A stretch of DNA of 64,000 nt from Mytilus californianus (Eukaryota), in NCBI RefSeq assembly GCF_021869535.1, contig NW_026262593.1, positions 39,246,001 through 39,310,000 of the forward strand. The letters are read 5' to 3'. The notes below the pieces were generated by a model. It had not been told where the DNA came from. It did no database searches and was given only the letters and a program-made list of their open reading frames with translations. Positions within the stretch are counted from its first letter, which is position 1. Each line of letters opens with the position of its first letter. This document shows positions 62,634-64,000 of this stretch, piece after piece. A program made the position numbers and the translations under genes.

Positions 62634-63907
62634 TTCTTGAATGGGACAATAAAACAGATCAAATGAAATATAGAGGAAGTCCACAGGGGTCAACCCACCC
62701 CCCTTCTTTTTGAAAACTTGTAAACGGTCGAGATCCCCACCCTTAAACCATATATATTCTTGTATGGGACAATAAAACAAATCAAATGAAATAAAAGGCG
62801 ATTCCCCTGGGGTCACTCCCTCTCCCTTCCTGGGAATGACTAATTATGGGAGACTTCGTAACAGCATCATGTTACAATTATTTCTTGTATTAAGTAATTT
62901 TTTTTTAAAGTCAGAAAAAAAAGTTAAACACCCAATCTACACATTTACAACCTATTTGAAATATTACACATCTACCGTTGCAAACTTTCCACAGGTGCTA
63001 TCCAGCACTTTGATTTGTTCAAGTACCAAAAATTCATGTAATATTTCCTACTGGATTTTAAGCAAACTGCAATTAATCGATTATGTATTTATTGTTAATT
63101 TGTTCTGGTTCTGAGCATACCTGAAATATTTTCCACTGGGAATAAAGCAAACAACAATCAATAATATCAAATCAAGTCATTTCTGTCATTGCTTAAGTTT
63201 TTATTTATAGGTTAATTTTGTGTGCTTTGAACTATTCGTCATCTTTTCAACGGGGCCTCGGTGGCCGAGTGGTCTAAGTAGTTACTACTGTAATCACTAG
63301 CCAGTCAACACTGAGGTTGTGAGTTCGAACCCCGCTCGTGCAGGTGCACTTGACTGCAATTTTAATTGACTAGGATTGTCAGTTTTCCTATCAAAGGTCG
63401 TGGTTTTCTCCGGGCACTCCGGCTTCCTCCACCAATAAAAACTGGCCGCCACGAAATAGCCCAAAAGCGGTGCTTAAAAGTGGCGTTAAAACACCAAAAA
63501 TCAAATCATCTTTTCATATTCACATTTTAGAATAAAATAAAATGCAGCGTTTTTGTACATCAAATGTCTGGATGGTTGATTTTTTTTAAATGTAAATCAA
63601 ATACTGCATGTGAGTTTGTGAAAAAAAGAACCAAAACTGACGTTTCGACACAAATAAGGCATAACTAAGTGGTCATTACTTCGTAATTTTTAATGTGAGG
63701 TGACAATAAGAAGTTATTTTGTAATAATAGTAATATCTCAACTTTCTTTAAGTGAAATTTGTAGTATTTTTTGCCTGGGCCATTTTAAGCCCTTAGTGAA
63801 CCTCCTCCTTTGTGAATAAATCCTTTTTAATTTGTACAAACCATTTTCATTTTTATTTTTTTAGGATCGCAGAAAGTTTTAGATCTGTATGGTGTTATGC
63901 AGATATC
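2023..63907 (+). CDS. Partial giant multi-exon gene encoding tandem ~195-aa Cys-rich modules (45 exons, ~2550 aa in window; start and stop lie outside the window); probably secreted/extracellular
   Basis: Recurring exon types A (C..C..C..CC..DPC..IEK..[WYF]G), B (I.DL..VC..C..LPK..C.W..F) and C (FSL..W..LG...FL..C..GW) occur in fixed order. All have AG/GT boundaries with consistent phases (C/A=1, A/B=2, B/C=1). Each complete module is a multiple of 3 nt (564-603) and no junction creates a stop. Many N-x-S/T sequons. Confidence 0.9.
2639..2818 (+). CDS. exon C1
   Basis: phase 1/1; [59 protein letters not shown]. Confidence 0.85.
3523..3775 (+). CDS. exon A2
   Basis: phase 1/2; [83 protein letters not shown]. 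Confidence 0.9.
4474..4637 (+). CDS. exon B2
   Basis: [54 protein letters not shown]. Confidence 0.9.
5131..5310 (+). CDS. exon C2
   Basis: [59 protein letters not shown]. Confidence 0.9.
5524..6332. mobile_element. ~810-bp foldback MITE, TA TSD (Tc1/mariner-type signature)
   Basis: TA|TTGCGAACCCAATGAAAG ... CTTTCATTGGGTTCGCAA|TA, inverted arms ~350 bp. Confidence 0.85.
6389..6647 (+). pseudogene. duplicated pseudo-exon A3' with premature stop
   Basis: Copy of exon 6800-7058 with intact splice sites, but TAA at 6568-6570 where the downstream copy has TTA (6979-6981). Confidence 0.8.
6800..7058 (+). CDS. exon A3 (intact copy)
   Basis: [85 protein letters not shown]. Confidence 0.88.
8118..8909 (+). 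mobile_element. Helentron-type non-autonomous element (HINE/DINE-1-like) family A with 168-bp tandem array
   Basis: 5' subTIR ATACCCCACG within a hairpin, GTCC/GTCA microsatellite, monomers at 8200/8369/8537/8705, 3' subTIR CGTGGGGTAT plus palindrome GTGAGCGCGCTCAC, T-rich flanks. Confidence 0.85.
8924..9084 (+). CDS. exon B3
   Basis: [53 protein letters not shown]. Confidence 0.88.
9699..11020 (+). mobile_element. HINE with ~7 x 167-bp tandem array, nested in an older HINE (~9630-9698 plus 11020-11355)
   Basis: subTIR TGTCTCGCC / GGCGAGACA; GGC microsatellite; period 167 (9944, 10111, 10278). Confidence 0.8.
11446..11610 (+). CDS. exon C3
   Basis: [54 protein letters not shown]. Confidence 0.88.
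12393..12654 (+). CDS. exon A4
   Basis: [86 protein letters not shown]. Confidence 0.9.
13515..13678 (+). CDS. exon B4
   Basis: [54 protein letters not shown]. Confidence 0.9.
13698..13886. mobile_element. PIF/Harbinger-type MITE
   Basis: TAA|GGGCTATTCCATTAAAAT..GGGAGGGTAGGAAGG ... CCTTCCTACCCTCCC..ATTTTAATGGAAAAGCCC|TAA. Confidence 0.75.
14157..14333 (+). CDS. exon C4
   Basis: [58 protein letters not shown]. Confidence 0.9.
14418..14552 (+). mobile_element. short HINE
   Basis: ATGCCCC..GGGGCAT hairpin, pyrimidine microsatellite, 3' GGGGCAT..GTGTC..GACAC; related copy at 30639-30766. Confidence 0.65.
14699..15686. mobile_element. second copy of the same foldback MITE family, with a different internal segment at ~14800-15000
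   Basis: TA|CTGTGACTTGAC ... GTCAAGTCACAG|TA; similar to 34779-35492 and 38986-39230. Confidence 0.8.
15803..16055 (+). CDS. exon A5
   Basis: [83 protein letters not shown]. Confidence 0.9.
17275..17438 (+). CDS. exon B5
   Basis: [54 protein letters not shown]. Confidence 0.9.
18256..18402 (+). CDS. exon C5
   Basis: [48 protein letters not shown]. Confidence 0.87.
18961..19342. repeat. compound micro/minisatellite of TTCAACA / TTTTCAACATTCG words
   Basis: Direct inspection; ends in the palindrome TTCAACAATGTTGAA. Confidence 0.85.
19763..20018 (+). CDS. exon A6
   Basis: [84 protein letters not shown]. Confidence 0.9.
22068..22237 (+). CDS. exon B6
   Basis: [56 protein letters not shown]. 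Confidence 0.88.
22256..22571 (+). mobile_element. degenerate HINE
   Basis: TTATACCC start; 3' AGGGTAT plus GTGAG..CTCAC hairpin. Confidence 0.55.
22971..23135 (+). CDS. exon C6
   Basis: [54 protein letters not shown]. Confidence 0.88.
23412..23667 (+). CDS. exon A7
   Basis: [84 protein letters not shown]. Confidence 0.9.
24688..26178 (+). mobile_element. HINE with 147-bp tandem array
   Basis: 5' hairpin TGTCGAGC..GCTCGACA, GGC repeat, monomers at 25170/25317/25464/25611, 3' GGCGAGACA..CTCTTGTT. Confidence 0.8.
26519..26682 (+). CDS. exon B7
   Basis: [54 protein letters not shown]. Confidence 0.88.
27109..27276 (+). CDS. exon C7
   Basis: [55 protein letters not shown]. Confidence 0.9.
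28008..28594 (+). mobile_element. HINE with ~161-bp repeats
   Basis: subTIR AGTCCCCTA / TAGGGGACT, CTGT microsatellite, 3' hairpin GTATTGC..GCAATAC. Confidence 0.8.
28610..28822 (+). CDS. exon A8a
   Basis: phase 1/1; [70 protein letters not shown]. Confidence 0.88.
29129..29171 (+). CDS. 43-nt exon A8b
   Basis: phase 1/2; [14 protein letters not shown]; restores the A-to-B frame. Confidence 0.8.
29871..30034 (+). CDS. exon B8
   Basis: [54 protein letters not shown]. Confidence 0.88.
30159..30450 (+). mobile_element. HINE
   Basis: ATGCCCC..GGGGCAT, GTCC microsatellite, 3' GGCATCCGTGTACTATGGACACATTCTTGT. Confidence 0.7.
30639..30766 (+). mobile_element. short HINE
   Basis: Same family as 14418-14552. 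Confidence 0.65.
31072..31799 (-). mobile_element. older copy of the same SINE family, split by HINE 31137-31633
   Basis: Reverse complement of 31634-31799 matches the SINE head and 31072-31136 matches the tail; another tail fragment at ~30780-30865. Confidence 0.7.
31137..31633 (+). mobile_element. HINE inserted into a SINE
   Basis: ATACGCC / GGGCGTAT subTIR, CTGT microsatellite, 3' hairpin TGCGC..GCGCA. Confidence 0.75.
31847..32002 (+). CDS. exon C8
   Basis: [51 protein letters not shown]. Confidence 0.85.
32398..32650 (+). CDS. exon A9
   Basis: [83 protein letters not shown]. Confidence 0.9.
33190..33353 (+). CDS. exon B9
   Basis: [54 protein letters not shown]. Confidence 0.88.
33369..34137 (+). 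mobile_element. HINE family A copy 2 (5' hairpin partly deleted)
   Basis: Same termini and monomers as 8118-8909. Confidence 0.85.
34432..34587 (+). CDS. exon C9
   Basis: [51 protein letters not shown]; lacks the GW motif, so the donor position is less certain. Confidence 0.75.
35490..35797 (-). repeat. terminal direct repeat B2 (308 bp)
   Basis: Identical by eye to 36351-36658 (offset 861). Confidence 0.9.
36351..36658 (-). repeat. internal direct repeat B1 (308 bp)
   Basis: Begins ~50 bp after the YR stop; identical to 35490-35797. Confidence 0.9.
36711..37808 (-). CDS. tyrosine recombinase (YR) of the DIRS/Ngaro element
   Basis: [10 protein letters not shown] (catalytic R), [13 protein letters not shown] (HxxR), [11 protein letters not shown] (W..Y); overlaps RT-RH by ~150 bp; true start codon uncertain. 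Confidence 0.93.
   Translation of the reverse strand: MIYLSVNNFCVIMFDRHCIYRILLGTCLVMPFVFFYLGSLVSREVRSLYSIVANFRCHTYAESTKKTYLNYFKSYAEFCRRLNITLVPLSPMNLARYVAYLSSRLQFNSITNYLSIVRLLHLESGVASPIDSFFMESVLKGAKRVLGAAIHRKLPITPKILNEIFTLLSVSSSKDLCFWAACLVAFFSFLRKSNLFAPSISAFDPLRHFTREEIHFHSDGVCLKVRKTKTIQFSERILEIPLPRVKNSHLCPSKALLLNFKQVPAVSAPSPVFLYLVRGKVTPLTYTAFVKMLKQNLSRLGYDSSKYSGHSFRRGGASFALECGVPADLIQSQGDWKSNAYKSYLDPSFAHRQEVMNKFAVALGK
37660..38985 (-). CDS. DIRS-group reverse transcriptase-RNase H (N-terminally truncated)
   Basis: [32 protein letters not shown]; RNase H motifs [24 protein letters not shown]. The ORF-track N-terminus [11 protein letters not shown] comes from the flanking MITE. Confidence 0.93.
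   Translation of the reverse strand, partial: NFIHDCSRPIGFAVNDFAGEFDKQKFQTVDDACKLVSKNFYMSKVDLKAAYRSVKISEQSREVTGLTWTFPDGHDYTFIDKKLPFGSKLAPGIFHRLSQAIRRMMSRRGFTIVAYLDDFFICEKTKKRCAQALAILIALLRKLGFCISWSKVTDPCQQIVFLGVEIDSTTLETRLPIAKLHDLKSELAEFLLRKRASKKQLQSLAGKLNWASAVVRGGRVFLRRIINGIMRLKLDWHKLRLTGEILQDIKWWHNFISTFNGKSILLSKVPITSVATDACKSGGGGVYQNDWFYVNWAEDHPFALKLHINELEAFSVALAVKRWAPYWRGQRIIVHCDNAVTVSCINKGTSKNAILMSFLRELFWLSATYNFHLIAKHVPGKTNILADCISRMHDLPFCEQFLRDYVRPPLYLQDLVRHMSSNALRFLLFRLTGIEGGEITI
39434..39643 (+). CDS. exon A10a
   Basis: [69 protein letters not shown]. Confidence 0.88.
39964..40006 (+). CDS. 43-nt exon A10b
   Basis: [14 protein letters not shown], phase 1/2. Confidence 0.8.
40505..40668 (+). 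CDS. exon B10
   Basis: [54 protein letters not shown]. Confidence 0.88.
40828..41004 (+). CDS. exon C10
   Basis: [58 protein letters not shown]. Confidence 0.88.
41489..41701 (+). CDS. exon A11a
   Basis: [70 protein letters not shown]. Confidence 0.87.
42635..42677 (+). CDS. 43-nt exon A11b
   Basis: [14 protein letters not shown], phase 1/2. Confidence 0.75.
42866..43032 (+). CDS. exon B11
   Basis: [55 protein letters not shown]. Confidence 0.88.
43742..44015. mobile_element. TTAA-TSD MITE (Kolobok-like purine termini), nested in the hAT element
   Basis: TTAA|GGTGGTACCTAACAC ... GTGTTGGGTACCACC|TTAA. Confidence 0.78.
44325..44662 (+). mobile_element. HINE nested in the hAT element
   Basis: ATACCCC..GGGGGTAT hairpin, GTCC microsatellite, 3' GAGC..GCTC..TTTCACTTGTT; degenerate relative at ~57727-58052. 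Confidence 0.75.
45046..45219 (+). CDS. exon C11
   Basis: [57 protein letters not shown]. Confidence 0.9.
45950..46162 (+). CDS. exon A12a
   Basis: [70 protein letters not shown]. Confidence 0.9.
46361..46403 (+). CDS. 43-nt exon A12b
   Basis: [14 protein letters not shown], phase 1/2. Confidence 0.82.
47171..47337 (+). CDS. exon B12
   Basis: [55 protein letters not shown]. Confidence 0.88.
48129..48299 (+). CDS. exon C12
   Basis: [56 protein letters not shown]. Confidence 0.9.
48601..48810 (+). CDS. exon A13a
   Basis: [69 protein letters not shown]. Confidence 0.9.
49011..49149. repeat. near-perfect long palindrome
   Basis: AAATAACACA..GAGAGGGTGATAGAGCAGATTGTTACCCC..CATTGTCAAC / GTTGACAATG..GGGGTAACAATCTGCTCTATCACCCTCTC..TGTGTTATTT. 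Confidence 0.85.
49649..50427 (+). mobile_element. HINE family A copy 3
   Basis: Same termini and monomers; interrupts a short ~30-bp tandem repeat (AGGAATGATTACACTAG..). Confidence 0.85.
52022..52064 (+). CDS. 43-nt exon A13b
   Basis: [14 protein letters not shown], phase 1/2. Confidence 0.8.
52440..52698 (+). mobile_element. degenerate tRNA-type SINE (different family)
   Basis: Decayed A/B boxes, TAAAGACT..TAATGTGTC..GACATG core, CCAT tail. Confidence 0.45.
52701..53690 (+). pseudogene. 5'-truncated Penelope-like retroelement RT/thumb (domain order consistent with the Naiad/Chlamys clade)
   Basis: [52 protein letters not shown]; nonsense TAA at 53508-53510, frame continues to TAA 53688-53690; in-frame TGA at 52728-52730; no GIY-YIG after the thumb. 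Confidence 0.85.
53826..53883 (+). promoter_or_regulatory. type II SECIS-like hairpin in the Penelope-like element 3' UTR
   Basis: GACT..ATGAC-GTTAAAATAC-T-AAA-TCC(CTA)GGA-T-GTGTTTTAGT-TGAT..AGTC; helix II pairs 10/10 with G.U pairs allowed. Confidence 0.75.
54002..55033 (+). mobile_element. HINE inserted in the Penelope-like 3' region
   Basis: subTIR GCTCACCT / AGGTGAGC, CGTC microsatellite, 3' hairpin AGGCTC..GAGCCT. Confidence 0.8.
55617..56292 (+). mobile_element. HINE inserted in a retroelement-derived 3' repeat
   Basis: 5' TGTCGAGCC hairpin, GGC repeat, ~190-bp internal repeats, 3' GGCGAGACA plus GGGTTC..GAACCC; fragment also at ~19430-19680. Confidence 0.8.
56590..56753 (+). CDS. exon B13
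   Basis: [54 protein letters not shown]. Confidence 0.88.
57323..57496 (+). CDS. exon C13
   Basis: [57 protein letters not shown]. Confidence 0.9.
58601..58813 (+). CDS. exon A14a
   Basis: [70 protein letters not shown]; only the first donor (58814) keeps the frame open. Confidence 0.88.
58735..60044 (+). repeat. exon-derived minisatellite, 15 units of 88 bp (three of 86 bp)
   Basis: Unit starts 58735, 58823, 58911, 58999, 59087, 59175, 59263, 59351, 59439, 59527, 59613, 59701, 59789, 59875, 59961; each unit ends with GGG|GTAAG. Confidence 0.95.
60122..60966 (+). mobile_element. 3' fragment of a second, diverged Penelope-like family
   Basis: [38 protein letters not shown] aligns with the end of the 52701-53690 frame; long 3' tail; 5' boundary approximate. 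Confidence 0.75.
60374..60438 (+). promoter_or_regulatory. second type II SECIS-like hairpin
   Basis: CATAT..ATGAT-GGTATGATAC-T-AAA-CCCC(TTAT)GGG-AG-GGATTGTACT-TGAT..ATATG; helix II pairs 9/10. Confidence 0.7.
62063..62888 (+). mobile_element. HINE with ~123-bp tandem array
   Basis: subTIR AAGTCTCCC / GGGAGACTT, monomers at 62281/62403/62527/62651/62774, 3' hairpin GTAACA..TGTTAC. Confidence 0.8.
63250..63505 (+). mobile_element. full-length tRNA-derived SINE with V-domain-like core
   Basis: A box TGGCCGAGTGG (63262-63272), B box GTTCGAACCC (63323-63332), core GGTTTTCTCCGGGCACTCCGGCTTCCTCC, AAATC tail, 11-bp TSD TCATCTTTTCA (63239-63249 / 63506-63516). Confidence 0.85.
63865..63907 (+). CDS. 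43-nt exon A14b
   Basis: [14 protein letters not shown], long polypyrimidine acceptor, GTAAGT donor, phase 1/2. Confidence 0.8.
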
Positions 63908-64000
63908 GTAAGTTTTTGAATTTAGTTTAAGAGGATTAAAGCAAATTGAGGGCAAGGCTCTACTTAATTATTGGTCCATTTTCATCAGAAAAATCAATCT

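Noticed and set aside
62411-62816. - strand ORFs with repeated [11 protein letters not shown]
   Set aside because: Translation of the 123-bp HINE monomers.
63250-63340. tRNA gene
   Set aside because: Has A and B boxes but no complete cloverleaf, continues into a SINE core and tail, and has a TSD and other decayed copies.

Overview
AT-rich animal genomic DNA; the repeat families suggest a bivalve such as Mytilus, which is an inference and was not checked. The whole window lies inside one large intron-rich gene on the + strand that enters from the left and leaves at the right. By hand I could splice 45 GT-AG exons (7653 nt, about 2550 codons, no stops) encoding tandem copies of a ~190-200 aa, 10-cysteine module: 12 complete modules plus parts of two more. 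I do not recognise the module as a named domain. The introns contain (i) two tyrosine-recombinase retrotransposon pieces on the - strand: a gag-like 5' end at the left edge, and a young 5'-truncated Ngaro/PAT-type element with intact RT-RNaseH and YR ORFs and identical 308-bp split direct repeats; (ii) two Penelope-like retroelement 3' fragments, each followed by a canonical-looking type II SECIS hairpin; (iii) at least 17 Helentron-type non-autonomous elements (HINE/DINE-1-like), all in the same orientation, many carrying 123-168 bp tandem arrays; (iv) foldback MITEs with TA, TAA, TTAA or 8-bp TSDs, and tRNA-derived SINEs. Two local rearrangements affect the gene itself: a 411-bp tandem duplication of one exon whose upstream copy carries a stop codon, and a 15-copy 88-bp minisatellite built from an exon end plus its splice donor. 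All coordinates and alignments were read by eye; no database searches were run.
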